Counted from the stretch's first letter, positions 37,973 through 48,793 are shown. The stretch: 64,000 nt of DNA from Verrucomicrobiia bacterium (GCA_963664225.1 OY760937.1:4608001-4672000), one strand, 5' to 3'. Program-made: numbers and translations. Notes: a model not told the origin generated them from the sequence alone.

Positions 37973-39490
37973 TCAAGGCTCCTCGGGAAGTTTGACGTCC
38001 AATTGGTTGTCAACATTCCCGGCGTGCGCGATTCGATCCGCGATTTCACCGATGAGACGTTTTTCCTCTGCGGTATTGACGGGTCCACGTAATGTAACTT
38101 TGCCTCCATTACTGATGATTTTTATGTTTTTGGCATTCACAGACATTCCTTTGTCGGCGATGATTTCTTTGCGGATCTGGGCCGTGGTAGCGATGTCGGC
38201 CACGCTATTGCCCTGGTCAAGCGGGGTTAGTGTCTTCGTTCCGCGATCACGAACGTTGCGACGGGTGTTGTCCGCGTCAGTCGAAGTTTCGTTGCGAATC
38301 TGAGCGTTGGTATTGATGTCGGTCGTGCCATTGCCCTGTTCAAGGGGCGTTAGTGTCTTGTCGTCGCGATCAGGAACATTGCGATCAGCGTTGTCCACGT
38401 CAGTCGAGGTGTCGTCGCGCATCTGAGCGTTGGTATTGATGTCGGTCGCGCCATTGCCCTGTTCAAGTGGCGTTAGTGTCTTGTCGTCGCGATCACGAAC
38501 ATTGCGATGGGCGCTGTCCACGTCGGTCGAGGTTTCGTTGCCGAAGTAGGGCTCGACTTTGTAGGCGCGGTAAACACCACCGGCATAGGCAGGCTGGCCA
38601 AGATCGGGCCATTCGTTGGCCTTGAAATGCGGCGAAGCGGACAGCATTTCTTTTGAGGTGTTGAGCTCAAGGCTGTCATGGCTCGCATTGTATTGAAAGG
38701 CCGTAGGCGGAACCGCGCTTAATTCGTCGCCCAAACCGATGAATCCACCCGATGAGATAATGACGGCAACGATGCGGCCTGCCGACAGATCCAGGACGAT
38801 GTTTTCCACCTTGCCGAGCTTGTCACCCTGAGGATTTTTCACCTGCGTGCCCATAAGCTTGCTTGCTTTTTGAACGTAACCCAGGCTTGCCCGCTCAGGT
38901 CTGGCTTGTTTGTCACGCGCATTGAGTTGCCCGGGTGATGTTGCATCGGCTCCGATTGTCCCATCCTTGTTCGTTGTCCAATCCCCATCATGAGCGGCCA
39001 TGAAGTAAGGATTTTCGCCATAATAGCCATAGACTTCGGCCAATCGATTGGATTGCGTCAACTCCTCCCACTTGGTGGTGTCAAACTTGGGCGCCGCGCC
39101 CAGTTTTTCCCTGGTGATGTCCAAATGAAGGACTTTGTTTGCGGAATCATAATGCAACGAGCGCGGAGGTACTGCGTTGAGCGTGCTGCCCATGCCGAGG
39201 AATCCGCCGGAGGAAAGAATCACCTGAACGATTCGCCCGGACTCCATATCCACGCCCAAGTCCTCCACCTTGCCGAGTTTTTCGTTCTGATTGTTTTGAA
39301 CCACCATACCGATGACGTCGCTGGATTTGATCGCAGCGATTAACCGTTCCGGGCGTTGGTTCTGGAGCATGCGCCTGCCAGGGCGGTCCGATTGGTCGGC
39401 CATGGAATCAGGCGCTTCTTGTGCCAGTGCTGCAATCGTCAAGACGGATGCCGCCGAGGCACTCACAATTAATCTAATATTTCGTTTCAT
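37973..39490 (-). CDS. Secreted PRC-barrel x2 + BON domain protein with internal repeats
   Basis: Two PRC barrels (EKLGKVEDL, DKLGKVENI); BON (GKVTLRGPVNTAEEK...VDNQLDV). Confidence 0.88.
   Translation of the reverse strand: MKRNIRLIVSASAASVLTIAALAQEAPDSMADQSDRPGRRMLQNQRPERLIAAIKSSDVIGMVVQNNQNEKLGKVEDLGVDMESGRIVQVILSSGGFLGMGSTLNAVPPRSLHYDSANKVLHLDITREKLGAAPKFDTTKWEELTQSNRLAEVYGYYGENPYFMAAHDGDWTTNKDGTIGADATSPGQLNARDKQARPERASLGYVQKASKLMGTQVKNPQGDKLGKVENIVLDLSAGRIVAVIISSGGFIGLGDELSAVPPTAFQYNASHDSLELNTSKEMLSASPHFKANEWPDLGQPAYAGGVYRAYKVEPYFGNETSTDVDSAHRNVRDRDDKTLTPLEQGNGATDINTNAQMRDDTSTDVDNADRNVPDRDDKTLTPLEQGNGTTDINTNAQIRNETSTDADNTRRNVRDRGTKTLTPLDQGNSVADIATTAQIRKEIIADKGMSVNAKNIKIISNGGKVTLRGPVNTAEEKRLIGEIADRIAHAGNVDNQLDVKLPEEP
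38172..38540 (-). repeat. Intragenic 123-bp tandem repeat, three copies (41 aa)
   Basis: tgagcgttgg recurs at 38301 and 38424; xxTSTDxD...KTLTPLxQGN...AQxR x3. Confidence 0.9.
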
Positions 39491-39724
39491 TTTCATTTTA
39501 CTCATTTGTTTCGAGGTGAGCCCCCTCATTCTCACTGCTGGCAAACTAGGTGCGGAGCAAGGCTGGCACCATGGGGTGTTATCCTACTGGAGTCCCGACG
39601 GAGGGAATGGATACTGGACAATGAAGTTTCGGGATGAAGGATGGACAGGATGGGAGAAGGGCGGAAGCGATAATGGAGGAGGAAGTGGGGTTCGGATTGG
39701 ACTAATCAGGACGGAATCACCCAC

Positions 39725-39757
39725 AAAAAAGCGCCCTCCGAATGTGGAGGGCGCTTT
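39725..39757 (-). terminator. Rho-independent terminator after the HEAT-repeat gene
   Basis: gcgccctcc/ggagggcgc stem with T6 tail on the minus strand. Confidence 0.85.
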
Positions 39758-39779
39758 GCAGAATTAATTGAATCGGGGC

Positions 39780-41756
39780 TTATTTGCCTTCGGATTTCAG
39801 GGCCAGGGCCTTGGCGCGCTGGGCCAGGCCGGTGTTGGCGGTGACTTCAGCCGCTTTCTGGAGCGGGGCGGTCAGCTTGGAGGCCACATCCTTGTCCTTG
39901 TTGTCTTTGAGGATTTTCTCCGCAATGGAGACGGTGGCTGCGCTGGCTTCCTCTTTGACGGCGTCATCCCCCAGATAGGGAGCGATGGCGGTGACCGCAT
40001 CCGGGCTGGTGATGCCGCCCAGTGTGCCGAGCAGGAGTTTCTTCTCATCGGGCTGTTGCACGAGAGGAGCGATGTCCTGGCACATGGCCAGGCGTTTTGC
40101 GGCGGGCAATTCGTTATCGCCGGCCCAGGAGAGATAACCGCGCAGGCAGACCATTTTATCGGTGGGATTGGCGGCCGATTTCGCGAGGCCGAGCAGTTCG
40201 GGCAAGGCGTCGGTCGTTTTCCAGGAACTCAACTCCCGCAAGGCGGCGATGTGAATGTCCGCATTGGAATCATCGACGGCGGCGCGAACGGCTTTGAGGG
40301 CCTTTTGTCCGCCAATGCTGCCGAGCGTGCGCAGCAGGACGAGCTTCTGGGCGGTTTCAGCGGAACCCAGCGCGTCCACCAGTTTGGCGGCGCTTTCGTC
40401 TGTGTTTTGTTCGCGTCCGCAGATCGCGACGAGGGCCTGCTGTGCGGCCTCGGTATCCTGGGAATCTTTTCCGTTGTTCAGGAATCCGATCAATGCGGGC
40501 AATTCCTTCGTTCCGCCCAATTCTCCGATCCTCTTGACGGCGGCAACACGCACCTTGACATCGCTGTTGGTTCCAGCATTCAGGAGTTCGGGCAGGGCTT
40601 CCACCATGCGACGCCGACCGATGAGTTCGATGCCGTTGAGTTTGTTGGCGGCGTCGTTGCCGGCCAGCATCATCATGACCATTTCGTTGGCTTCCTTCAC
40701 CTTCATCGAGGCCAGGGCCTCCTGTGCGGCCTGGGCGACTTCAGGATTGCTGTCGCTCATCAGCCCGGTGAAATGGGGAACGCTGGAGGCATCTCCAATC
40801 TCCGCCAGGGCGCGGATGGCCGCCAGACGAATGGCGGGCTTTGGGTGGTTTGACCATCTCTTCAGATTATCGAGCGCAACGGCCGACTCGCCCCGTTTGC
40901 CAAGGGCTTGTATCACGAGCAACTTCTGGTCCTCCGAGTAATTACCGAAATCCGTCGCCAGCGCCGCGGTCACATCCATTCCCGGCATTTCCATGGCGGT
41001 CCGGATGGCGGCATCGACCAGAATGAAGTCGTTTCCATGGAGGGATTGCTTGAGCAGAATCATTGCCTCATTGGAAGGACGGTTCAGGATGGCGCCGCGC
41101 AATGCTCCCGCCCGCACCTGATGGGGCACTTTGGCGTTCTGCAATGTGTCGTAGATGGCCAGGGCTTCCTTGCGGAGGCCCTTGTTTGAGAGGCCTTCAG
41201 CGCAGCGCAGCATGCCTTCGGCGAAGACCAGATGACCGGGCGCCGGGGTGTTGGCCCAGGCGGCCTGGAGGGCTTTGGCCGCAGGCGCCGTGCCGATGCT
41301 TCCCAATGAGTTTGCCGCCGCCGGACCCACTCCGGGTTCGGTCGAAAACATCAAGGCGGTGAGTTGCGAAATGGCTTGGGAATTGTGCCGGACGCCCACG
41401 CTGGTGATGACACCGATGAGCGGTCTGCCATGCAATTGATTCAACGCCGACAGGAATGCGTTATCGACTTCCGCTCCCGGGATGGGCTCCAGGGCGTACC
41501 GGGCCATGTGGGCCATTTTTTCGTCACCCAACAGGGACGCCAGAACTGGAATGGCGTCCTTGTCGCCAATGATCCCCAACTGGCGGCAGGCATCCGCTTT
41601 GTCCTTTTGCGAGGCGTCGGATTTGAGAGTGGCGATCAGTTTATCCATCTTCTCCTTGTTCGAGGCGGATGCTTCCTGGCCAAAGGCAAAGGTTGGAGCC
41701 GCGCAGGCGAAGGTCAGTGCGAGGGCGAGGGCGGAAAATAATTTGGATTTTTTCAT
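39780..41756 (-). CDS. Secreted HEAT-repeat protein
   Basis: Signal MKKSKLFSALAL...; repeated LAAIRALAEIGD/AAVKRIGELG motifs. Confidence 0.85.
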   Translation of the reverse strand: MKKSKLFSALALALTFACAAPTFAFGQEASASNKEKMDKLIATLKSDASQKDKADACRQLGIIGDKDAIPVLASLLGDEKMAHMARYALEPIPGAEVDNAFLSALNQLHGRPLIGVITSVGVRHNSQAISQLTALMFSTEPGVGPAAANSLGSIGTAPAAKALQAAWANTPAPGHLVFAEGMLRCAEGLSNKGLRKEALAIYDTLQNAKVPHQVRAGALRGAILNRPSNEAMILLKQSLHGNDFILVDAAIRTAMEMPGMDVTAALATDFGNYSEDQKLLVIQALGKRGESAVALDNLKRWSNHPKPAIRLAAIRALAEIGDASSVPHFTGLMSDSNPEVAQAAQEALASMKVKEANEMVMMMLAGNDAANKLNGIELIGRRRMVEALPELLNAGTNSDVKVRVAAVKRIGELGGTKELPALIGFLNNGKDSQDTEAAQQALVAICGREQNTDESAAKLVDALGSAETAQKLVLLRTLGSIGGQKALKAVRAAVDDSNADIHIAALRELSSWKTTDALPELLGLAKSAANPTDKMVCLRGYLSWAGDNELPAAKRLAMCQDIAPLVQQPDEKKLLLGTLGGITSPDAVTAIAPYLGDDAVKEEASAATVSIAEKILKDNKDKDVASKLTAPLQKAAEVTANTGLAQRAKALALKSEGK

Positions 41757-41791
41757 GTTCAATTTTCTTTCAGGTAAATGTGTGTCCTCAA

Positions 41792-43117
41792 TTAAACGGT
41801 CCAGGGTTCGCGCATCGCACGGGAACGCAGACGATTGGCCTCCGCGTCGTTGATGAACGATTCGTTTTGGTAGTCGAAGTGCATGTCCCGTTTCAGCCAC
41901 ATACAGATGTTGGCTGCGTGAACGGTGGTCATCGAGCAGTGCATGACCAGCGGGTTGGCCACCGTGAGCCGGCGGGTTTTGATGCAGTTCAAGTAGTCGC
42001 GCATATGGCTCATGGGGCGCTGGGTGCGGGCGATGTAGTCGCCGACGATTTTTCGGAAATCGCCCAGCAGCGCCGGGGAGGAAACGTCCGGCTTGGTGTA
42101 GCCGTCCGCGACCGCCACCCAGCCTTCCGGCCCTTCAAATTTCATGCCGCAGGAGCCGGTCCACACGCCTTCGCGGTGCAGGACCATTTTGACGCCGTTG
42201 GGGAATTCGGTGACCATGCCGTCGCCGGTGGGGTTGTTCACGTAATGATACTCTGTGGCGGGCTTGTCAAGGGAATCGATGCCGGCCATCGCCTGGGCAA
42301 AGGTATGGGCGCCCCATTCGCCGATGCAACTGGTGTGGAAATCGTAATGGCCGCGCCATCCGCCGCTGGTGTAGGCGGAATTATAGGGACGCCATGGGCA
42401 GGCTCCCAGCCATTCATCCCAGTCCACCACATCCTTAGAGGGCAGGGGTTCCTCGGGGAGCCAGTCATGATTCATTTCTGCGGCGTCCCAGGGGGCAATG
42501 TGGGCGCGGGCGGTGTGGATTTTTCCGAGACGGCCGCTCTTGGCCAGTTCAATGGCAAATACGAAATTCGCTTCGCTGAGACGTTGCGTGCCGGTTTGAT
42601 AGACGCGGCCATAGCGTTTGGCCGTTTCAACCACCGCCTGACCCTCGGCAATGGTCATGCTTGAGGGTTTTTCGCAATAGACATCCTTGCCCGCGCGCAT
42701 CGCCATCGTGGCGGCCAGGGCGTGCCAGCGGTCGCCGGTGGCGATCAGCAGCGCGTCGATGTCGGTCCGCTCGGCCAGAAATTCACGCATGTTGCCGTAG
42801 AGTGCGCAGTCGGTATTTCCATAGCGGGCGTCCACGATTTTTTTCACCGCTTCCCGGCGGCTCTTTTGGGCATCGCACACCGCCACGAACTGCACATCGG
42901 CTTCGGGCAGCATCCAACCCAGGTCGCTGGTGCCGCGCGGGCCGATTCCCAGGCCGCCCATGACGATGCGTTCACTGGGCGGAACCGCGCCATTGCGTCC
43001 CAGCACGGAGGCGGGGATGAAGAGCGGTGCGGTCAGGGCTCCCGCCACCAGCGCGGTGTGTTTGAGGAAGTGTCGTCGTGTCAGGGCTTTCGAGTCGGAA
43101 GAGACGGCAGGCGACAT
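41792..43117 (-). CDS. Tat-exported Gfo/Idh/MocA oxidoreductase
   Basis: TRRHFLK Tat motif, GLGIGPRG, DVYCEKP, QTGTQR. Confidence 0.92.
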   Translation of the reverse strand: MSPAVSSDSKALTRRHFLKHTALVAGALTAPLFIPASVLGRNGAVPPSERIVMGGLGIGPRGTSDLGWMLPEADVQFVAVCDAQKSRREAVKKIVDARYGNTDCALYGNMREFLAERTDIDALLIATGDRWHALAATMAMRAGKDVYCEKPSSMTIAEGQAVVETAKRYGRVYQTGTQRLSEANFVFAIELAKSGRLGKIHTARAHIAPWDAAEMNHDWLPEEPLPSKDVVDWDEWLGACPWRPYNSAYTSGGWRGHYDFHTSCIGEWGAHTFAQAMAGIDSLDKPATEYHYVNNPTGDGMVTEFPNGVKMVLHREGVWTGSCGMKFEGPEGWVAVADGYTKPDVSSPALLGDFRKIVGDYIARTQRPMSHMRDYLNCIKTRRLTVANPLVMHCSMTTVHAANICMWLKRDMHFDYQNESFINDAEANRLRSRAMREPWTV

Positions 43118-43343
43118 GGTTAGAGGCTTGGATACAAGACTCCCAATGGGTGATTTTTTGAGTGCCATGGGTTCAGAGTAGCAGCACGATTTTTCGATGG
43201 GAAGTCCTACTTTTTGAATTTTTGGCCAGTGGCCGAAGTCCAATTCTCCGGCCGCCTCTGAATAGGACACGATTCCTTTTGACCTGAGGGGAGGTTGTCG
43301 CTACACCATTCAGCCATAATGTTATTGAGCTAAAGGGATTCAA

Positions 43344-44081
43344 ATGACAGTCCCCAATATTATTTTCATGGCGGTCGATTTGCCGCAGTCCGAGCTTTAC
43401 TTCGTCTGGAAGCAAGCCACGCCGGAGGCCAAGGTTATAATCATGGTCCTGGCCATTTTTTCCATTTTTGCATGGACCGTGATGGCCTCGAAGGCGATGC
43501 AAATGCGGCGCGCCAAGAAGCTGAACCAGTATTTCAGCCTCGAATTCCGGGCGCAAAAAAGCGTTTTGGAAATTCACGACCGGCAGGTCCAGGTGGATGG
43601 CTGTCCGCTCTTTGCGGTTTACCAGGAGGGTTGCACGGAACTGGCCGGACGGCGCAAAAGCGCCGCCCTCAAGCAGGAGAATCCCAAAATCAGCTTAAAC
43701 TCGATGGAGCATGTCAAACGCGCCCTGGAGCGCGCTGTGGCGGACGAATCTCTGAAGCTCGAGTCGGGTCTGATTCTGCTGGCCATTGCGGTCAGCGGGG
43801 CTCCGTTCCTGGGATTGCTGGGCACCGTCTGGGGGGTGATGAGCACGTTCAGTTATGTGGCCATGAAGGGGCAGGCGGATTTGGCCACCATGGCTCCGGG
43901 TGTGGCAGCGGCGCTGATCACGACGGTGGCCGGGTTGCTGGTCGCCATTCCCTCCATGTTCGGCTACAATTATCTGGTGCACAATTTGCGGGTTTTGACC
44001 GTGGCCCTGGATAATTTTGCCGCGGAAATGATTTCGAAGGCTGAAATTGAATTTCTCCAAGACGATGAGCCCGGTCGATGA
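43344..44081 (+). CDS. tolQ: TolQ/ExbB proton channel
   Basis: APFLGLLGTVWGVM, MAPGVAAALITTVAGLLVAIP; tol-pal context. Confidence 0.9.
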   Translation: MTVPNIIFMAVDLPQSELYFVWKQATPEAKVIIMVLAIFSIFAWTVMASKAMQMRRAKKLNQYFSLEFRAQKSVLEIHDRQVQVDGCPLFAVYQEGCTELAGRRKSAALKQENPKISLNSMEHVKRALERAVADESLKLESGLILLAIAVSGAPFLGLLGTVWGVMSTFSYVAMKGQADLATMAPGVAAALITTVAGLLVAIPSMFGYNYLVHNLRVLTVALDNFAAEMISKAEIEFLQDDEPGR

Positions 44082-44082
44082 G

Positions 44083-44400
44083 ATGGTGATCCAGAGGCCG
44101 GCGAAGCGCGAAGTTGGGGTTGAATGCGCCAAATGCGGTCGAGAAAACCGGCGGGGGATCAAAACCTGCAAGGTTTGCGGCGCGCATTTATATGTGAAAT
44201 GCCTGTCTTGCGGGCATCGCAATCAGCGCGTATTGACCCAATGCGACAAGTGCGGCGAGGCCATGCACCGATCCGCATGGAAGCGGTGGATGAAGAGATT
44301 GACGCCCAAAAAAGCCATGGTCAAGCCGGTGCATTTCCTGATGCTGATTGTAACGGTCTATCTGGCCTACCGGATCGTGGTTCGTCTGGCCAATTTCTGA
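44083..44400 (+). CDS. Double zinc-ribbon protein with C-terminal TM
   Basis: CAKC, CKVC, CLSC, CDKC; hydrophobic C-terminus. Confidence 0.75.
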   Translation: MVIQRPAKREVGVECAKCGRENRRGIKTCKVCGAHLYVKCLSCGHRNQRVLTQCDKCGEAMHRSAWKRWMKRLTPKKAMVKPVHFLMLIVTVYLAYRIVVRLANF

Positions 44401-44452
44401 CGATGGCAGTTTTTGCGCGGATTTAACGTCTAATGGTTTGCAGGTTTGTAAT

Positions 44453-44872
44453 ATGCGACGGTTCTCACAACGAAATTCACTGGTCACGCTGAGTGATATC
44501 AATATCACTCCGCTGCTGGACCTCGCATTCGTGCTGCTCATCATTTTCATCATCACCACGCCCCTCCTGACCCAAAGCATGGATGTCAAGCTGCCCGGCG
44601 GGGGTCGGGTCGATAAGATGCAGATCGAACCCAAGGACGTGAGAACCATCGAAGTGGGCCTGGACGGTCAGTACCGTTATGACCGCCGACCGATGGTTCT
44701 GGCCCAAATTGAGGCTGAATTGGTCCGGGCCTTTCAGGCGAATCCAAATCTCGTCGTTTATATTCGGGCGGACGAAAACGGGGCTTATCGGAATGTGGCC
44801 GCGGTGTTGGATTGTTGCCAGCGGCACGACATCACCCGTGTTTCGTTGCGGACAGAGCAGAAAAAGCGTTGA
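44453..44872 (+). CDS. tolR: TolR/ExbD
   Basis: DINITPLLDLAFVLLIIFII, VYIRAD. Confidence 0.9.
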   Translation: MRRFSQRNSLVTLSDINITPLLDLAFVLLIIFIITTPLLTQSMDVKLPGGGRVDKMQIEPKDVRTIEVGLDGQYRYDRRPMVLAQIEAELVRAFQANPNLVVYIRADENGAYRNVAAVLDCCQRHDITRVSLRTEQKKR

Positions 44873-45828
44873 TGAACCGGTCCCAGAAAAAGTGTTTGAT
44901 CGTGTCACTTGCGACCCATGGGTTTCTGTTGCTCATGCTGGTCGTGGGGCCTGCCTTTTTGCCTGCAAAACCACAGGTCGTGGACCTTCCGTTGTTGGAT
45001 GTGATTCCATCCAGACTGGTCGATGACCTTATCTCCAGCGGCGGCACGCCTGCGCCGGTGACTCCAGCCCCAACGATTGCCAAACCGGCTCCGCAGGTCG
45101 CTGTGCCCGCCGTTCAGCCTGAGCCTGTAAAACCGGAACCAGTGAAGCCGGAGGTCAAGACGGCCAAACCGCCCAAGAACGAGCCTGAGCCAGAGGATGT
45201 GCCTGAGCCGGAACCGGTAAAAACCGTGACGAAAAAGATACCGGACCCCGATGCCATACCCATCGATCCGCCGAAGACAACCAAGAAACATGTTGTGGTG
45301 GATCTCAAAAAGCCGGTCACACGCAAAGTCGGCGGCAAATCCCACGGGGAGGACGAGAAAGCGCGTCAAGAGGCTGAAGAAAAGGCTGCGGCAAAGGCTT
45401 ACGCGACGGCCCAAGCCAACCGGCGTGCTGCTCTATCCGGGGCGATCAGCGATATTAAGGGCGGTTTGACCGGTTCGGTGAAGATCGAGGGGATTGGCGA
45501 CGGCGCAGGCGGTGGAATGGGTGGCGGCCCGGCGGCTGCCAATTACGCCCAGGCGATCCGCAGCATCTATGACAAGGCCTGGTACGACCCGCCCGAAGAG
45601 GTCACAGACACTTCTCTTAATGTCGAGGTGAAGATCAATATCGCCCGGACGGGTCGCATCGTGTCGGCGCGTGTGACGGGGCCGTCCGGCAACAGCACTT
45701 TGGATCGCTCGGTGCGTCGGGCGCTGGACCGCGTGAAGTCCGTCCCGCCATTCCCGGAGGGAGCCACAGATTTGGATCGCACCTACACGATCTTATTTAA
45801 CCTTAAATCCAAGAGGCCATTAGGTTGA
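44872..45828 (+). CDS. tolA: TolA/TonB-like protein
   Basis: N-terminal TM with S..H, Pro/Lys-rich linker, TonB_C-like SGNSTLDRSVRRAL. Confidence 0.82.
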   Translation: MNRSQKKCLIVSLATHGFLLLMLVVGPAFLPAKPQVVDLPLLDVIPSRLVDDLISSGGTPAPVTPAPTIAKPAPQVAVPAVQPEPVKPEPVKPEVKTAKPPKNEPEPEDVPEPEPVKTVTKKIPDPDAIPIDPPKTTKKHVVVDLKKPVTRKVGGKSHGEDEKARQEAEEKAAAKAYATAQANRRAALSGAISDIKGGLTGSVKIEGIGDGAGGGMGGGPAAANYAQAIRSIYDKAWYDPPEEVTDTSLNVEVKINIARTGRIVSARVTGPSGNSTLDRSVRRALDRVKSVPPFPEGATDLDRTYTILFNLKSKRPLG

Positions 45829-45878
45829 TTTGGTTGATTCGATTGATGACCAGAACAACTTCAGGCCGATCATTACTC

Positions 45879-47066
45879 ATGAGCATTGTTAATACATTGT
45901 CCCGCAAATATTTACCCGCTGTTTTGCTGGCGGGAATCCTACTCGGCGGAGCGAGAGCCTCCGGCCAGAACGACCAACCGATGGTCATTTCGCGCACCGC
46001 CGATCAGTCGGAGGTCATTCCCATCAACCTGAGCGGTTTCTCCGGGGAAGTTCTTTCCACGCTGAAATTCGATCTCGAGGCGGTCGGATTCCAGGTCAAA
46101 AGTGCAGAGGTCTCGAAATATCAGGTCATCGGAGCCAACGATTCACATGTCGAAGGTCGTTTGACGGTGAGCGCCTCCAAGGCGGAGTTGCTGGCCAAGG
46201 CGTATCAGGGGGGATCCATGCGCACCCAGGCCCACGCGCTGGCGGATGACATCATCGCCGCCATCCGTCATTGCAAGGGGATTGCCCAGACGCGGATTGC
46301 CTACAAGGGGGCGACGGGGGACACGAGTGAGATTTACATCGCCGATTACGACGGGAACAAACCGGTGGCGGTGACTTCCGATCGCACGATTGTGGCCGCG
46401 CCCGCCTGGGCTCCGGGAGGCCGAATGCTGTATTACACCTCTTACAAGCTGGGAAACCCGGATGTCTATTCGCATGATTTGAGCACTGGAGCGCGCAAGA
46501 TTGTGGCCCGCTACACGGGGTTGAACACCAGTGCCGCGATTTCACCCGATGGACAGCATGTCGCCATGATACTGAGCAAGGCGGGCAGCCCTGATTTGTA
46601 TGTGGGCAATGCCGATGGAACCGGCCTGAAGCAAATGACCACCACCAAGGAGGACGAATCCTCGCCCTGCTGGTCGCCGGATGGCAAAACGATCTGCTTT
46701 ACCTCCAGGATGAACGGGCGTCCGCAACTGTTCACGATTCCCGCCGGGGGTGGCGCGATGAAGCGCCTGCAAACAGCGGGGGTCCTTAATACGACGGAGC
46801 CGGATTGGTCACCGGACGGGCAATTCATCGCCTTCACAGCCAACATGGGCAGTTTTCAGATTTGCGCGCTGGAATTGAAGACCGGAACGGTCAAAACCCT
46901 CACTGCGGGCGAGGATCCGAGCTGGGGTCCCAATTCGCGCACGCTCATATTCAACCGGCGCGTGGGCGGGAAAAATATCGTCTCTTTGCTTGACGTGCCG
47001 ACTAAACAAGTGAAAGATATTGCGCAGATTTCGGCTAACTGTTCTCAGGCTTGTTGGGCCAGGTAG
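45879..47066 (+). CDS. tolB: TolB
   Basis: AHALADDI, TRIAY, PD40 repeats (WSPDG). Confidence 0.9.
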   Translation: MSIVNTLSRKYLPAVLLAGILLGGARASGQNDQPMVISRTADQSEVIPINLSGFSGEVLSTLKFDLEAVGFQVKSAEVSKYQVIGANDSHVEGRLTVSASKAELLAKAYQGGSMRTQAHALADDIIAAIRHCKGIAQTRIAYKGATGDTSEIYIADYDGNKPVAVTSDRTIVAAPAWAPGGRMLYYTSYKLGNPDVYSHDLSTGARKIVARYTGLNTSAAISPDGQHVAMILSKAGSPDLYVGNADGTGLKQMTTTKEDESSPCWSPDGKTICFTSRMNGRPQLFTIPAGGGAMKRLQTAGVLNTTEPDWSPDGQFIAFTANMGSFQICALELKTGTVKTLTAGEDPSWGPNSRTLIFNRRVGGKNIVSLLDVPTKQVKDIAQISANCSQACWAR

Positions 47067-47098
47067 GGCTTCAGGCAAAGAAAACAAAGAGACAAAAA

Positions 47099-47734
47099 AT
47101 GAAACGTTCTATTTTAGTGAATTTATTGGTTCTGGGGCTGGTGGTCGCCATTGGCGGTTTTGGCTGCAAAACCAAGCCCAAAGGGCTGACCCCAATCACC
47201 GGGCAAAAAACCGCAGTGGCGGGTCCTGGCACAGGTCCGTTTGTGGGCACGGGCGCAGTGGCCCCGGGATTGGATACGACGACAACCGCCAACACCAAGC
47301 CTATCGATTTGGCACCCAAGGGACCTGAGGGAACGAGTCCTCTGTCCGGTTTGGAGAACTTCGAGAATTTCGATGCGAACCGCGAGGTCTTCAAGGCCTA
47401 CACGGTTTATTTCGAATTCGACCGGTCGTCCGTCAAGGAAGGGGAACGTTCCAAGGTTGAGGCCGTGGCTGCGTATTTGAAAACCGCGCCGAACGATAAC
47501 GCCCTTTTGATCGAGGGACATTGCGACGAACGCGGTACCGAGGAATACAACCGGGCCTTGGGTGAGCGCCGCGCTCTGGCTCTGCGTGATTATCTGATCA
47601 ACCTGGGCATTGGCGCCGAACGCATCCGCACCATCAGCTACGGCAAGGACAAGCCGCTGGATCAGGGTCATGACGACACCGCATGGGCGAAGAACCGCCG
47701 CGGCGAATTCCTGCTGCTGACCCCCAAGAAGTAA
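47099..47734 (+). CDS. pal: Peptidoglycan-associated lipoprotein
   Basis: Lipobox GFGC; VYFEFD, EGHCDERGTEEYN, AWAKNRR. Confidence 0.94.
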   Translation: MKRSILVNLLVLGLVVAIGGFGCKTKPKGLTPITGQKTAVAGPGTGPFVGTGAVAPGLDTTTTANTKPIDLAPKGPEGTSPLSGLENFENFDANREVFKAYTVYFEFDRSSVKEGERSKVEAVAAYLKTAPNDNALLIEGHCDERGTEEYNRALGERRALALRDYLINLGIGAERIRTISYGKDKPLDQGHDDTAWAKNRRGEFLLLTPKK

Positions 47735-47777
47735 GAGGTTTGGGTTTGGCACGCACGGTTCAAACCGTGATTTAAGC

Positions 47778-47809
47778 AAAAGGGCGGAACTTGGAGTTCC
47801 GCCCTTTTT
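47778..47809. terminator. Bidirectional intrinsic terminator
   Basis: aaaagggcggaac-ttgga-gttccgcccttttt between convergent genes. Confidence 0.88.
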
Positions 47810-47881
47810 CGTTTTCCAACTCAACAGACCGGGAGTTGGTTTTACGTTGAGAGTCTGGCTTTCGCCTGCAACGGGATTGGC

Positions 47882-48271
47882 TTATTTGGCCTTTTCGACG
47901 GGCTGATTTTCCGCCACCCAACCCTGGATGCCCTTGCTGTAGTGCTTCACGTTTGTATAGCCCAGTTCCTTGGCGGCCTTGGCCCCGGCTTGATAGGCCT
48001 GGCACTTCTCGTTGCCGCAATAAGCGACAACCAGCGCGTTTTTGTCCGCGGGAAGTTTCTCCGCGAGTTTGGTTTCCACGGCATCGAAATTGAGCGCGCC
48101 CGGGATATGCCCGTTGCGCCAGCTTTGGGTGCCGTTGACGTCAAGCAGGACGACCTTTTTTTCGCTGATCGCCTTGTTCAGGTCCGCAGTGGAGATGGAG
48201 GGGAACGAATCGGCTGCCGCCGCCGCGAAAGTTCCCAGAGCCACCATTAATGCATAAATAACATTTCTCAT
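47882..48271 (-). CDS. Secreted rhodanese-like protein
   Basis: LLDVN..SWRNGHIPGA, VAYCGNEKC, GIQGW. Confidence 0.88.
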   Translation of the reverse strand: MRNVIYALMVALGTFAAAAADSFPSISTADLNKAISEKKVVLLDVNGTQSWRNGHIPGALNFDAVETKLAEKLPADKNALVVAYCGNEKCQAYQAGAKAAKELGYTNVKHYSKGIQGWVAENQPVEKAK

Positions 48272-48793
48272 ATTGAATATTAGGATAGCTAAGAATCGTG
48301 TCCTGTCAAATGAGTCGGAGGAATGCCGGGACAGGGTTGCGGATCCACGCCAATAAATAATAATTCGAACTTGACACCAGAACCAGCATTCTCTATTCTG
48401 ATTGATGTTGATGAGAAAGGGGCGCATGCACAATCTGAAGAACAAGTTCGTTTCATGAAACCGTCACGATCGCCAATATATTAAATCCAATTCATTGGGT
48501 CATCCAGACCGGATGACTGTCCCGTTGGTCAGAGAATCCTCCAATTACATTGTGGCTGTGACACTTATCGGAGGATTGGCTGATGTTGCTGCAACGAACC
48601 CTTAAATAGCCATGAACCTTGATGCAAGGCCTGAAAATATGCTGGAGCCATCCGGTGCTGGCGCATTCAGTTCCGCCCTCGAGGTCGGTGTCGTACGAGG
48701 GTGGTGAGTCACCTTTTACCGTCAGGCAATTGGGCCATTGGGCCATTGGGAATTGCCACGTCAGAAAAACACAACCAACAAAATAAAGAGGAC

